DNA of 63,788 nt, filler included, from Octopus bimaculoides (GCF_001194135.2; 6 parts of 5 records of this genome joined end to end with filler, not necessarily neighbours in it); one strand, 5' to 3'; counted from the first letter of the whole stretch, positions 12,691-26,769 are shown. Notes: a model not told the origin generated them from the sequence alone. Numbers and translations: made by a program.

Positions 12691-15600
12691 TGTGACTATA
12701 TTTGTAGAGACAACCTTAATGGCTTTTTAGTTTCTGACACTCTTAGGGAGTCTGACTCCCCTAACTCATGATTCTTATATGTCCTCCAGATATTTTCGAA
12801 ATTTTGTCTTTAGTGGAGTCTGAAGTCGAGCACTTTGAGTATCATTATTTTCTTGAACTGTGGTGTACACATCTCGGCCATGAAGACCACCGAAAGAACT
12901 TTCATTGTTGATCTATTTAAATAGACATGTGTGCATACAGAAATATGCAGTTTGGTTTTTAAATATCCGTAATCGATAAGCTACACACCAGACATATATT
13001 TCTGTCCATTTAACTGACGATTACCCAATCTCTCTTACAAAATTTATGGATGTACCAAAGTTAGAAATCAAAAATACTATGAGTTTAATTTTTTGTCTAT
13101 TCCTGTTTTTATATTGCTTTTTAGTCATACATTCCTAAATTCCCTTTGCTGTATCTGTATGTCATTTTCAAAAACAAAAATTATAAAGATAATAAATAGT
13201 ACTATGAAAAAAAACTGCTTTTAGTTTTTTATTTTCAGAAACATATTTTCATGTTATATTTTCTAACTATTTTCTTTCGAATATTGATTTCTGTTTGATC
13301 TTTATTTTATATATAAATGTGATCATTTATTCATATATTATTTCGTCGTGCAGTTTGCTTTTTTATGAAATATATTATTTTTTGAAAATGTACGCTGCAT
13401 TTTGAAACAGTTCTATTCTCTAGTGAAGATAATTTTTTTATTCTTATTTTTAAAGTAGGAATCAACATTCATAAAATTATTAGGAGTGTGTGTATTTTTA
13501 TACATTTTTTTTTTTCAAATTTTTCATATAATGGTTTTATTCAGGTACTCTAATGATATATTTGAATCTGTTCGGATTAAAACATGCTGATGCTCTTGTC
13601 TTTTTTGTCTCTGTTACTATTATCAATTATGTTTGAGCGGAATGCTTTTACTTCTTCTAGAAAAAATATTGAATACGCACACACACATACACACCAAGCG
13701 TATAATATCAGCACGCAGAAATGCGCATAAATAAATGCACTTACCATGTTTTTCGATCGACAGAAGAACTATGTTCGCATCCGTAGTTTCCTTAAAGTCC
13801 CTAGATGCAGATTTGAACTTGAAACACCAATTATGTTGTCTTTATTACGTTAACCAGGGTCATTTAGTTTCGATCTGCTCTATTCGTTATTTGTTAGTCA
13901 AGTGTTTCAGGGTCCAATATACACGAAATCCCACAACGTGAGATGGTGTTTCTCATCGCTCAGCCCTGCTGGAGAAGCAGGGCGCATGACCCATAATAGG
14001 GCTTCTGAAAGTGGTGGAAAGGAGAGGGAATGGTATCCTCAAACAAGAAGCCTGAGTCACATGTTTTGTAAATGAGTGCACTCCGCTCACAGCAACCAGT
14101 GACAAGCTGAGGAAGAATACCAGTAATACAAAACACAAAAAAGACAAAAGAAACACTGACAGACACCCTTTTTGTTGTACTAACAGCTTAATGCTCTAGA
14201 CTTGTTCTTTATTTATCGACTCCGGAAGGATGAAAATTACAGTTGACCTCAGTAATATTTGAACTCAGAATCTAGGTAAGTGGAATAAATACCTTGATGC
14301 GTTTCGTCTGATACTCAAACGATTGTGCCAGTTCGTCGATAAGATTGTCTGCATATAAAATTAAAATTTCGGAATTATTCACAAACGTATCACGCATTAA
14401 GAAGAGCTGGACATCCTCATATCATGTGCTGATAACAGCATTGAATGAGTTTCTAATATGGTAGTATTAAGCAAGCGAATGGCTATTGATGAAGTGGCAA
14501 TTGATAGACCAGATAGTCATTATACTGGCTATCATATTATCTGCGGCAGACATAACCATGATTCACATAATAGCAACTACGGCCTTTTACGTACAAACCT
14601 TCACTGTATTGACTAGACGAAAACCAAGTTTAGAGATAAACCTGCAATTAATTTCCGTGACTAATTTTTAAGTATATTGCGGATAATTAATGGCATGAAC
14701 TGCTTTTACTTTACGAAAATAGAAAGCGGAGTGGTTATAGTTGATTTAATAAAAACGCTAAATTAATATGTTTGAAGTTCAAGCCTGAACCGCAATGAAA
14801 ATCGGGAGACTATGTTCAATGATGCGCACCCAACTATTATTTCCGCCAGTTGGCAAAAATTATGAGTGCATTGTGGACAATTATTGACTTGCTCTCGTGT
14901 GTATTGGGTGTGTATGTGTGTATGTGTGTGTGTGTGCGTGTGTATACACGGCAGTTCTTCCGAAAGTAATGCTAAAATGGGCATAAGTGACATAAATTAT
15001 TAAGACTGCTCTCGTTAGAAGAGTAACACATCTTCTCTTGGAGATTACGTCAATATAATCTCTATCACAACGAATACTCTTTCACCGTCGTCGAACCCGA
15101 CTCTAAAATCGTCAATGAAGAAATTCAGAAGCGCTCGATTATACTCACTTTTGAAGAGTCCTCTTCACCTTCTCTGTATTAAAAAAACATTTGTTCACTA
15201 AACTTGCCATTTCTTTGGACCAACCAGGTCGAAGCGCAATCTACCGATCATCTTATTTGTTTCAAAAGAAATGTTTTGCTACACATTGGTGTGGTGAATA
15301 ATGTCGATCGTTTTCATATTCTTTCAGTCTCTGTCCTCTAATTGCTTATCTAAAATCATAGAGTATCTCAGTAGGCCGCTCACTGCTCATAGTACGGTTA
15401 CAAGATCGCGAAGAATAATGATTTCATTATCTCTAAAAACAGTCAACAAGACTTTGATTATCAACACTGCCTCTTGATATTCTTAGACCCTAGACAGACC
15501 GTGTGGAGCCATTTGATAGAAGGAACCTCCCTTTCTGCAATCAAAAACACAGTCACATTAATGGATAAGAAAAAGAACCGTTTTTGATTGCAATCACTTT

Positions 15601-16385
15601 CACCAGATCAGCCTAGACTTCCACCCTTCTCTTTCAAACTGCATGTCAACTGACGAGGTACTCAATATGCATAAACCTTCCAATTGTCCACCATCTTTTG
15701 TAATGCAGTTGAGTAGCAACTGAGCTATTGGGCACAGACAACTTATTTACTTGCTGGCGATTCCCGTCAGTGGTCAGAGTTGATCTTATCTCCAACAGCG
15801 TGGAGATAAGATCTACTTCATTGATCTTATCAATGGTGTCTTTTCCGTTAGAAATTTTGTAGGTTTCTGACGATGTTGGATAGCCTACTCCTAAATGAGT
15901 AATGAGCTGTGGACGACCAATATCAGTTAGTTAATAAACACGTTTTACTTACATTTGCATTACATTTACTACTACAATCATGTATATATGTATGTATATA
16001 TGTATGAATGTATATATGTATGAATGTATGTATGTATGTATGTATGTATGTGTGTGTGTGTATGTATCCTTATTTATTTATTTTTTTATTTATTATTGAA
16101 ACGCTTAACGGGAAAGCCATATGAAAAATATGTATTATCCACGTGACCAGGTAATTGTTCTTATTTGACCGGTATATAGATGCAATCCCAATTATTTGCA
16201 AACCAGTTTACTATGTGAAAATGTGCACGAAACTCTCGGACCTTGAGGGACTCTATAATTTCTATCGATTATTAGTAATAAAAATAAATATACATATACT
16301 TATATACACGTTTTGAGTTCTGTTTTCCTATTTACATCAACAAACCTATATTAATAATTACGTATGTACGTACATATATGTATAT

Positions 16386-16417
<32 letters not shown>

Positions 16418-16657
16418 TTATTTATTTATTTATTTATGTGTTTCAGCCAAGTGGCTGCGGTCATGCTGGTGCACCACCGTATGTATATATACACATACAT
16501 ACATACATAAGCACATACATGTATATGTATGCGTGCATATCCTCCCCGTATATATTTATGTTTTTATGTATACACACATACGTATGCATGTATGCATGTA
16601 TATATATATATACATACATACGTATGTGTGTGTATGTATATATATGTATATATAATG

Positions 16658-16721
<64 letters not shown>

Positions 16722-16772
16722 ATATGTGTATGTATGTATATGTGTATGTGTATGTATGTGTATATTTGTGTA

Positions 16773-16804
<32 letters not shown>

Positions 16805-16841
16805 TGTGTATATATGTGTGTGTGGGTGTGTATATATATAT

Positions 16842-17070
16842 GGCGAGCTGGCAGAAACGTTAGCACGTCGGGCGAAATGCTTAGCGGTATTTCATCTGCT
16901 GTTACGTTCTGAGTTCAAATTCCGCCGAGGTCAACTTTGCCTTTCATCCTTTCGGGGTCGATAAATTAAGTACCAGTTACGCACTGGTGTCGATATAATC
17001 GACTTAATCCGTTTGTCTGTCCTTGTTTGTCCCCTCTGTGTGTGGCTCCTTGTGGGCAGTAAAGAAATAG
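16842..17070 (+). mobile_element. SINE (family B), near full length
   Basis: GGCGAGCTGGCAGAAACGTTAG head with GAGTTCAAATTCC B-box. Confidence 0.85.
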
Positions 17071-17546
17071 GTATATATATGGCTACAGAAATTAGGAGGT
17101 AACCCTAGATTGATATTAACATATAGGCAGGAAGACATACAATAGAAAATGGGTAGCACTGCAGGCACGGCCCCTTAATCAAATCTAATAGAAGTGGCTA
17201 TGCGTATAGGTATATGTATATGTGTGTGCACATGTAGATGTACCTACATGTTGTTGTCGTTGGTATTGTTCTTGTTGCCGTTGGTCTTCTATTACTAGGG
17301 ATACTCTTCCTGTGTGTATGCACATGCATATCTATTTGCTTGTGAGTGCACGCGTGGATGTGTGTACGTGCATGTGCGTATGTGGATGTGGATATCTATA
17401 TGGATGTATGTATATGTATATGTGTATGTATATATATGTATGTATATATATATGTGTGTATATATGTGTATGTGTATATGTGTGGGTATATGTATATGTG
17501 GGNNNNNNNNNNNNNNNNNNNNNNNNNNNNNNNNNNNNNNNNNNNN

Positions 17547-17558
17547 TTAATTAATTAA
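17547..17558. other. Artificial scaffold-join spacer TTAATTAATTAA (also 35912-35923, 57520-57531, 59391-59402, 62669-62680)
   Basis: Identical palindromic 12-mer with stops in all six frames, each centred in about 44 N on either side. Confidence 0.95.
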
Positions 17559-17602
17559 NNNNNNNNNNNNNNNNNNNNNNNNNNNNNNNNNNNNNNNNNN
17601 NN

Positions 17603-17636
<34 letters not shown>

Positions 17637-17699
17637 CCAAATTTGCAGGTAAAAATTCAATTTAATTTAATTTATTAAAATTAAATTAAATTTCACAGT

Positions 17700-19260
17700 A
17701 TATAATTTAGAGAAAAATCCCACAATTCTTGAATTCATCCATAGAAATCCACAGTCACATACAGAGGGACCAGCTATCCTAGTGGACAGCAGTATGATAG
17801 ATAAGGCAATTAAAACTATAAAAACTGGGAAAGCCCCTGGTCTATCTGTAATCACAGCTGAGATGCTCAAAATATCTGGTAAGGTAGGGTATGGGCTAAT
17901 CACCCCCATAGTTAATCAGGTGTTAATACCCAGGGACTGGCATAAAAGCGATTATAGAGGCATCAAACTCCTGGACTAGGTGATGAAACTTATGGATAGT
18001 GTTATAGCCCAATTAATTAGGAGCAGAATTAGGCTAGACGAAATGCAGTTTGGCTTTGTCAGGGGAAGAAGCACTACTGATGCTATTTTCATAGTCAGGC
18101 AACTGCAAGAGAAGTACTTAGCTAAGAATAAACCTTTATACTTGGCATTCGTTGATCTAGAGAAGGCCTTCGATAAAGTACCTTGCTGTGTGGTATGGTG
18201 GGCACTTAGGAGGTTAGGGATAGAAGAATGGCTGGTGAAAGCTATACAATCCATGTACAAAGATGCTATCAATAAGATGAGAATTAACCACGACTACAGT
18301 GAAGAATTTGGTGTGCAGGGAGTGGTTCCTCAAGGCTCAGTCTTTAGTTCTCTCCTTTTCATCATTGTCCTCCAGGCCATCACAGAGGAACTCAAAACTG
18401 GCAGTCCCTGGGAACAACTATATGATCTTGCCCTCAAAGTAGATTCCATATCAGAGCTAGATGAGAAATTCCAGGTGTGGAAGCAAAACCTGAAATCTAA
18501 AGGCCTTAAGGTTAACTTAATAATGACTAAAGACCTAGTAGGCAAAAAAACTGACAGGACCCTACTTCATTGAGGTAGATGGATCTGTTCAATTTGTAGG
18601 AAAGGTGTAGGCAAGAACTCCATATGGTGTACCCAGTTATGGACATACGAGGTGCAGTAGATTAATAGGAAGATTATTAGAGAATGTAGTGTTTGCATGT
18701 GAACAATGCACAGGGTCCATAAAAACTATAGAGACTTGGGGAATTCATTCTTTCAAATGTCCTGGGGTCTCATTAGAGATAGCAGATAATTCCTGCTACC
18801 TAGGGACCAAATTAGTAGTTGGGTAGCATGTACAGAGAGTGTGATAGCTTGAATAAGAATAGGATGGAGGAAATTCAGAGAGCTGTTACTTCTGTTGCCT
18901 ATGAAAAGTAGTGAGATGTGGGCTCTGAATGCAGAGGATATGCGAAGGTTAGAAAGAAATGAGGCTACTATTCTCTGCTGGATGTGTAATGTAAGTGTAC
19001 ATGTTTGACAGTGCTAGTGCTTTGAGAGAGAAGTTTGGCATAAGAGGAATTAATTGTTGTGAGCTAGAGAAAAGACCGTGCTGGTTTGGTCATGTGATGT
19101 GGATGAAGAAGTGTTGATCTTTCAAAGTAGATGGAACATATGGCGGTGGGAGATCTAGGAAGATATTGGACAAAGTGCTGAAGAACGACCTCAGGATGCT
19201 GACCCTTTCAGACAAAGGACTGAGATGTTTGGCACCTTGCTGTACTCGAGATGACCTGTA
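17700..19260 (+). mobile_element. RTE-clade LINE reverse transcriptase, disrupted
   Basis: GKAPG, QFGFVRGRSTTDAIF, LAFVDLEKAFDKV and GVVPQGSVFS motifs. In-frame TAG at 17977, and the YADD motif is damaged. Confidence 0.95.
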
Positions 19261-19329
19261 CTCTGCAGCAGAAGTGTTAAAACCAGTCTTCCTGGTGGTG
19301 AGGATCTGGAAGAGTCATGGGCCACTGCC

Positions 19330-19575
19330 ACATAAAAGCACCCATGCAATGCCATGTAGAAGTGCCTGTGTGGCACTGCATAAAAGTGCCTGTGCAGTAT
19401 CACTTAAAAGCATGCATTCTATAAAGGAGTTGGTGTTAGGAAGGGTATCCAGCCATAGAAACCATGCCAAATCAGACTGGAATCTGGTGCAGCTCCCCAG
19501 CTTGACAGCTCTGCTCCAACTGTCCAACCCATGCCAGTATGGACAATGGATGTTAAATGATGATAATGATGAACC
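19330..19575 (+). mobile_element. RTE-associated 3' tail repeat
   Basis: ttaggaagggtatccagcc..aaaccatgcc tail, also present in reverse at 27170-27390, 27965-28130 and 29730-29870. Confidence 0.65.
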
Positions 19576-19959
19576 ACTAGCTGCAAGCAAACCATTATCT
19601 GTACATATACACTTATGTCCCACTGCACTTTGATTCTCTGTTGTACACTGCCTTGCGATCTGATACAAGCTTCTTTTCAGCTTCTGTCTACCGAATCCGC
19701 TCACAAGGCTTGCCTTCAATTGGCCTGGAGCTGTAGTAGAAGATATTTGCACAAGTTGCTATGTAGTGTGACTGAATTTGAAACCATATGGTTTGGGAAG
19801 CAAACTTCTTAACCACACATCCATGCCTGCACCTGTGGTAGGAAAAATGTAAAATAAACTTATAGGTATGTGTCTTTAGTAAAAGAGGTATTTACTTGTA
19901 AGTTTACCAGCTGCTTTACAGTACAGCTATTATAAATCATGACAATAAAGCTAACCGAA

Positions 19960-21455
19960 TTGAGAATAAGAATAATAAATCAAATAAAGCATGTAAAAGA
20001 AGAATTTTGTAGTATAATGCTCTATGTTGGATTCATGTCTCCAGTAAAATATTCAAGCAATAGATAAACATTTTGCTCCTAGCAGATATTTTATTGTATG
20101 TGTTCAAGATACATACAATAAAATATTCTTAATCAATTACACTGAATTTGACCAATAATATAGCTGCTTTGAATCATAAGAAATTAAGTAATATAGTTGA
20201 TGGTAATGTATCTCTACATTACAATGACCTCCACATTTGACTAAAAAGAAGAGGTAATATGGTATTATTGAACAATTATCTAACTTGACATTTGATTTTG
20301 TTAATGTAGAACTATTTTTTCGAGAGTGGTTAAGTGGATAGCTGTTATAAATGCATAGCATATTTTCCTGAAAGTTTTAAGGGAAATGTTTTTTGCATTA
20401 GGTTTATCTTTCTCACATGAACCATGTAGCATGCTTTTGGTGACATATTGAAATAGAATTGGTTGTATTTGTGGATTTGGAAGTCCTGCATTAACAAACT
20501 TTTCATAATGTTTTGGGTCTAACTTATATTCTTTTTTCTGATATGAACAACCTATGACAATGGGGTGGTTTATACTTTTAGTACTATAATCCACATGTAC
20601 TCTGCAACCTCTCTCAAAATGTTCTCCAAAATATCATGTAAGAGAACCTCAAGTTTCGTATCAAACACTCTGTCAGTTAAATCTGGTCTTTCAGCTGGTG
20701 TCTGTCCTGGATGAAGGTCATCTGACTTTTCTTCCAATTGGTCATCTGATTTTTCTTCCAATTGAAGAAATTTAATTTTCCTAACTTTTGAACAATTGTC
20801 ATCCATCATGGGCCTTCTATGAATGTTGGAGATATGATAACTGTTTTGCCAATATTTAAGCTATGAGAAAACGTGTAATCATGAATATTTTGATAAATTT
20901 CTGCCCTGATTTTTTTTTTTATTATATCAAGCCCATTGTAACCCTGATTCTTCAATCTTGGAATACATATAACAGTAATATTCCCAAGCTAAATGACCTA
21001 AGTAGTGAAGGAAATGGAAATCGTGTTCCTGAACCATGAGCCTGTAATTTTATGACTCTTACTTCCAATGTCAAAAGTTAAGCTGACTCTTCATTCCCCA
21101 TCACCGAAAGGAAGTAGCAATGGGAACTGCAGTGGGTCATAATTTGGATGCATTGAATTGATTGTTGGAAGGGGAGATTCACCAGGAGCACACATTGTAA
21201 GCACTGTCAGAAGTTTTTGCAGTTGTACTATTTCCAGATTCACATCTGGCATAATTGCTGCAATTTCTTCTGCAGCTGGATGATTATATGTTTGGTTACC
21301 AGTTGTAGGAATGTGTTTGTCTTCAGGAATAACCAGTGAGAACTCTTCTGTATTGTTTAAATATTCTGCACTGTTATTTTGCTGAGGAGGTCCTGGTCCA
21401 TTGTCATCTCATCCCTGAGGTCTGCCTTCATCACTTCATTCAGTGTCTTCTAGTA
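19960..21455 (-). mobile_element. Helitron RepHel (Rep domain) fragment, disrupted
   Basis: YNHPAAEEIAAI, HPNYDPLQFPLLLPFG, YSKIEE, IRAEIY...GKTVIISPTFIEGP, AGLPNPQIQPILFQYVTKSMLHGSC and PYYLFFLVKCGGHCNVEI match conserved Helitron Rep blocks in the expected order. Confidence 0.9.
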
Positions 21456-21872
21456 AGGTGTAGTTTAAGGGAGATTTGGCTGCTATTTCTAGCATGTAGT
21501 GCAACCATATAGAGGTCTTACTTGTTGACGATGTGTGTCTGCTGGATCAGGACTGATGGACCCATTTCAGAAATTTTTTTAATTATGTTAATAGAACGTG
21601 CACTTGTAAAGCAATGAAAAGTTACTGCCTAAATTCTGCCAATAAATTTATATATATGCTTTCAGTTTAGCATTCTGCCTTTTTTTCATTTTCCTATATA
21701 TATATTATAGAAGGTTTGGAGGTGATGTACAGGTATTATATATTAGAAAAAATAATAAGGTACTCAGAGATCTGGATGGTTGTACATTTACAGATTTTTA
21801 TTAATATGTCACATGTTTTTATAAATCATATATTAGCGCTTGCATCTACTCTAATAATAGATTCTTCAGATT

Positions 21873-21909
<37 letters not shown>

Positions 21910-22798
21910 CAATGCATTTTTAATACAATTAGTATTTGTTATTAAAAACAATATCATCATAAATACCATTATCCTGTTTACATTTATGTGTAGTGAAAAA
22001 TTAAGCCCATCTCATTCACATTATTTTCACCCTTTTGATGCAAAGTGAATGAAAGGAGTATATTGTTTTTTTTTATATATATATCATTATATAAAAGTAA
22101 AAGATATATATATATATATAGAGGCAAATTTGTAGTTGAAAATGCACCTAAATTTGAAAAATGTGTAATTGTTTTAAAATAAATTTATTTACATATTTAC
22201 CAAACTAGTTTCAACAATATTCTTTTTATTTATCAATGGTAAAAATTTAGAATTATGAATTAGAAAAACACGTTTAAATGTTGTCAAGTTTAAATGTTGT
22301 CAAGTTTAAATATTCATAACAGTCAATAATATAAAAACTGTTGATTAACTTGTTTCTATGTACAAAAAATCAATAGTGTTAGTAGTGATCGACAAGAAAT
22401 GAATATCAATGAAGTTTCAGTCATACTGAGTTAAGAGGGAGAAAAACAAGGGGGAAATGAAGATAGTTAAAAAAAGGGATTTGGTTTACAGTTTCTGTGA
22501 TTTTCTTTCCATCGTGTGCCGGAACTTTCGCTTGTAATGGTGTTTTTTGGAATATGGTATATTTATAATTTTTATCCATGAATGGATCTGATTTTTGATT
22601 CATTAAAGTACTGGTGACATCTTGTTTTTCTGGTGGTCAAGTTTGTCGTTCTGCCTGGTTGGCTTCCCTGTGGAGAATGGCCATCAGCCGTTCCAATTAG
22701 TTGATTCTCTTAAAGAGTCATTCTGTTGTATTTGCTGAGGTTCGATTTTGACTGGAGGTAAAATTTCATTGGTCTAGAGTTAGGTGATGTCAGCAATG

Positions 22799-22836
<38 letters not shown>

Positions 22837-23290
22837 NNNNNNNNNNNNNNNNNNNNNNNNNNNNNNNNNNNNNNNNNNNNNNNNNNNNNNNNNNNNNNNN
22901 NNNNNNNNNNNNNNNNNNNNNNNNNNNNNNNNNNNNNNNNNNNNNNNNNNNNNNNNNNNNNNNNNNNNNNNNNNNNNNNNNNNNNNNNNNNNNNNNNNNN
23001 NNNNNNNNNNNNNNNNNNNNNNNNNNNNNNNNNNNNNNNNNNNNNNNNNNNNNNNNNNNNNNNNNNNNNNNNNNNNNNNNNNNNNNNNNNNNNNNNNNNN
23101 NNNNNNNNNNNNNNNNNNNNNNNNNNNNNNNNNNNNNNNNNNNNNNNNNNNNNNNNNNNNNNNNNNNNNNNNNNNNNNNNNNNNNNNNNNNNNNNNNNNN
23201 NNNNNNNNNNNNNNNNNNNNNNNNNNNNNNNNNNNNNNNNNNNNNNNNNNNNNNNNNNNNNNNNNNNNNNNNNNNNNNNNNNNNNNNNNN

Positions 23291-23339
<49 letters not shown>

Positions 23340-23356
23340 TAGATAGATATGTACTA

Positions 23357-23457
23357 TATTATTAAAGCTGCAAAAACATCACAAAAAACTGTTATGCATG
23401 GTTAATGTGAGACCCTGAGTAAAACATTTTTGTGATGTTTTTGCAGCTTTAATAATA
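23357..23457. repeat. Perfect 31-bp inverted repeat with 39-bp spacer
   Basis: tattattaaagctgcaaaaacatcacaaaaa at 23357-23387 and its exact complement at 23427-23457. Confidence 0.95.
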
Positions 23458-23589
23458 AAGCATTTTACTCTACCTCTGGTGTTCGAGTACTATTTTCTTG
23501 CATTTTGTTTCACATTTATGTGCTTACTCTGGAATATATGCTTGTATTGGAATACAAACATTTCTTTTTTGTTTTTCCTGCTTTCTATC

Positions 23590-24884
23590 TGCTATATAAA
23601 TGTGAGGATAAGAAAGTTAGGCAAGTTGATATACAAAAAATATTAAATACATTTAATACAAAAAATGTACTAATGTTTACATATAAAAAAAGTCCAACTC
23701 TCACAGAATGGAAATGATATCAAGAATTAAAGGGGTCGAATAATAGATTTACAAGTCCATCAGCTGTTTCTGGGGACTTGGTGGTCTAAAATAACGATTC
23801 CATCATGGATAATTTCAGCCTCCATCTTCAGGGAAGAAGTTTTACATTTGAGGTGTTGACAGATTAAAGATGGAATGATTTTGTGGAGAACTAAGTGTAT
23901 TAGAAGAAGGAGTTGGGAGGTATTTAGGTAGAGAGTAGTGGAAAGAGAAACTAAATTTCAGGGTTAGGGGTTATTAATGAGGCTAGTAAGGAGTCATAGT
24001 AGTAGAGGTGCAAGGTGGGAGGAAGATGGAAGGGTGGTTTAGATAGTATGTGAAAGGTGACCTTTGTGTTAGTTTGTATGAAGGCTATAGAATTAAAGGT
24101 TGAGATAGTGAAAATGAGAAAGGCCCTTATTTGAGGGAAATAAGTTGATTGGTTCAGTGGCTGAGAGAGATTAGTAAGGTATGTAGAGAGGTATGAGAGA
24201 AGATAGAGGGGAGATGGAGTAGGGGGTGAGTAAGTGGTCAAAACAGTAGTTGTTAGTGGGGCAAAGGAATTGGGTTGGTATTGGTGGGGTAAGTTATGGT
24301 ATGGAGAGGTGTATGAAATTTCATTCAATTTCATACACTTCTCCATTTCCTTCAAATAATGGCCATTCCCATTTTTACTATCTCAACGTTTAACTCTATA
24401 GCCTTCATACAAACTAACACAAAGGTCACCTTTCACATACTACCTAAACCACCCTTCCATCTTCCTCCCACCTTGCACCTCTACTATTATGACATCCTAC
24501 TAGACTCATTAATAACCCCTAACCCTGAAATTTATTTTCTCCCACTACTCTCTAGATACCTCCCAACTCCTTCTAATAATAGTTCTCCATAAAATCATTC
24601 TATCTTTAATCTCCTTTCTGTCAACACCTCAAATGTAAAACTTCTTCCCTGAAGATGGAGGCTGGTATTATCAATTTACATTCAGTATTTTGGACCAGCA
24701 AGCCCCCAGAAACAGCTGTTGGACTTGTAAAACTTTAATTCAACCCCTTTAATTCCTGATATCATTTCTATTCTGTGTAAGTTGGAACTTTTTTATATGT
24801 AAACATATGTACATTTTTTGTATTAAATGTATTTAATATTTTTTGTATATCAACTTGCCTAACTTGCTTATCCTTACATTTAAT
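23590..24884. mobile_element. Penelope-like element remnant as a large inverted duplication
   Basis: About 23590-24126 is the reverse complement of about 24361-24884, with a hairpin apex near 24303-24346. Contains an HHR motif. Confidence 0.8.
24645..24724 (+). ncRNA. Type I hammerhead ribozyme motif, long stem II
   Basis: TCC-CTGAAGA-[tggaggct..agccccca, 7/8 pairs]-GAAAC-AGCT-GTT-GGA. Stem III ACAGCTGT is palindromic. Confidence 0.65.
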
Positions 24885-24947
24885 CCTCCACCTCTTGAGC
24901 ACTATGAAGTGTATTCTGTACAGAGAATATCTGTCTCTCGTCTATAA

Positions 24948-24991
<44 letters not shown>

Positions 24992-25109
24992 GTGTGTTAT
25001 ATTTGTGTGTGTGTTGTTGATATATGTGTATGTGTATAGCTGTGTGTTATAATTATAAGTATGCGTATATTTTTGCATAGATATGTTTCTATGTATGTTT
25101 GTGTGTGTA

Positions 25110-25620
25110 TTTTGTATATTCAAGATTAATACACTGTATGGAAAGTCTATGGAGATAAGGTTGGTGTGAAAGTGTGATTGTTGAAAGTTCAGACTTCTTT
25201 AGTGGATATTAGATGATATTTGATGACTTTGAATAAAAGTTTATAGCTAAAGAACACAGTTTGTTGGTATTAGGTTGACTCTCTGCCTAGAAGCACTTGT
25301 CTGTGACTTCTTTAAAATCTTTAAACCACCTACTGTCTTGTCCCTAAACCAGCTGACCACCTGTGTAATTACTTTAGTAATTATTTTATATCATTTGGTT
25401 ATATTTTTAAGTTACTTTATTTTTTACTTTATCTCTGTTATTGAGCTTAATTTTTTTTTTATTTGGCATTTAAACTTAACTGATCTAAGGGCATTCATAT
25501 GTGAAGAAATTTTTTTCTATACTAGATAGCACCACAGCTTGTCTTTGCTCCGTTGTTGAACTTTTATTGGTCAAATCACTGTAAATATGGAGTGAATTTT
25601 ATGTGATCTGATGAGCTTTC
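25110..25620 (+). mobile_element. Probable Penelope-like 3' end, truncated
   Basis: Weak ORF-end similarity (DIR*YLMTLNKSL), followed by a lone CTGATGA at 25608-25614 with no downstream GAAA. Confidence 0.4.
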
Positions 25621-26769
25621 TTTATTTACATTTATTTGTAAATATACAATTGTATAATACTAAGCATACATGCATACTAGTATGTATTACACTATGTATA
25701 CTTCGTATAATTTCTTATAAACTGATTTACTCATATATAAATATAAATACATACACACATGCACAAATGGTACAGCCTTGGCTAAGCTAAATCGTAAAAT
25801 ATATCTGAAATTCCAGATTAGAGAGATGAGTTCGTGTGAAAGACAATAGCTATCTTTGGCACAATTACCTTCTAATTAATTTGATAGGGATGAGTGTAAG
25901 ACAGTGATAAATTCGGGTGGGACAAAGTTGATCTGAGTGGCAACAATGGTTGAAGGAAGGGTATGTGTGTGTGTGTGTGTGTGTGTGTAAGGAAAATTAG
26001 AAGGTCATCCGGGAAGAAGCTGTCATAATCATGTTCTCTACATAATCTTAGGTTTGGACTGGGGCGATGGAGAAGAAAATTGTGAAGGAGTAGAAGGTAA
26101 GTTGGATTGTGGGAGGAGGGGCCATTAAGATGTTTACTTTTTTTTCTATTTTGTACTTGATTTTACATTTTCGTGTGTGTGTGTGTGTGTATACACACAC
26201 ATATATATATGCATGCATATATACAAACATAGAAAAGGAGAAAGGTGGTCATGCTCAAAAGCATGTGAATAGTTATAACATTTATGCATACACACATATA
26301 CATACACACATATACATACACACATTCTTGGGACTGTGTGTTTGTGTGTGGTTGGTATATAATGTGTATATGAATGTGGAGTGAGTTTGAGGAGCAGATA
26401 TTCATAGTAACATTACTAGTTAACACCCCACCTGCCCTCTGCTCCCACTTCCTCCTTCACTACATTATCACTAACTTGCTCTTGTCTTGCAGTATAATGA
26501 AGTGTACAACTTCCCAATGAAAGCATTTACCAAGGTGTTAGATGGAGAAGAGATAGAAGAGGAGGAGGAGGTGGATGAAGAAGAAGAAGAAGAGAGAGAC
26601 AGTGAAGAAGAAGGAAACCGAGGGCAGATTGCAGAGGAGGTGGAAGAAGAGATGGAGAAAGTGAAACACGAGAAGGTAAAAATATTAAAATTTTTGTTGG
26701 TGTTGTTGGTTTGCTGTTGCTCAGAGTGATGGTTGTGGTATAAATATTTGTGTAATAACTATTTTTTTA

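Noticed and set aside
26487-26729. Glu-rich ORF
   Set aside because: A purine-rich simple repeat (GAA/GAG) with no splice support.
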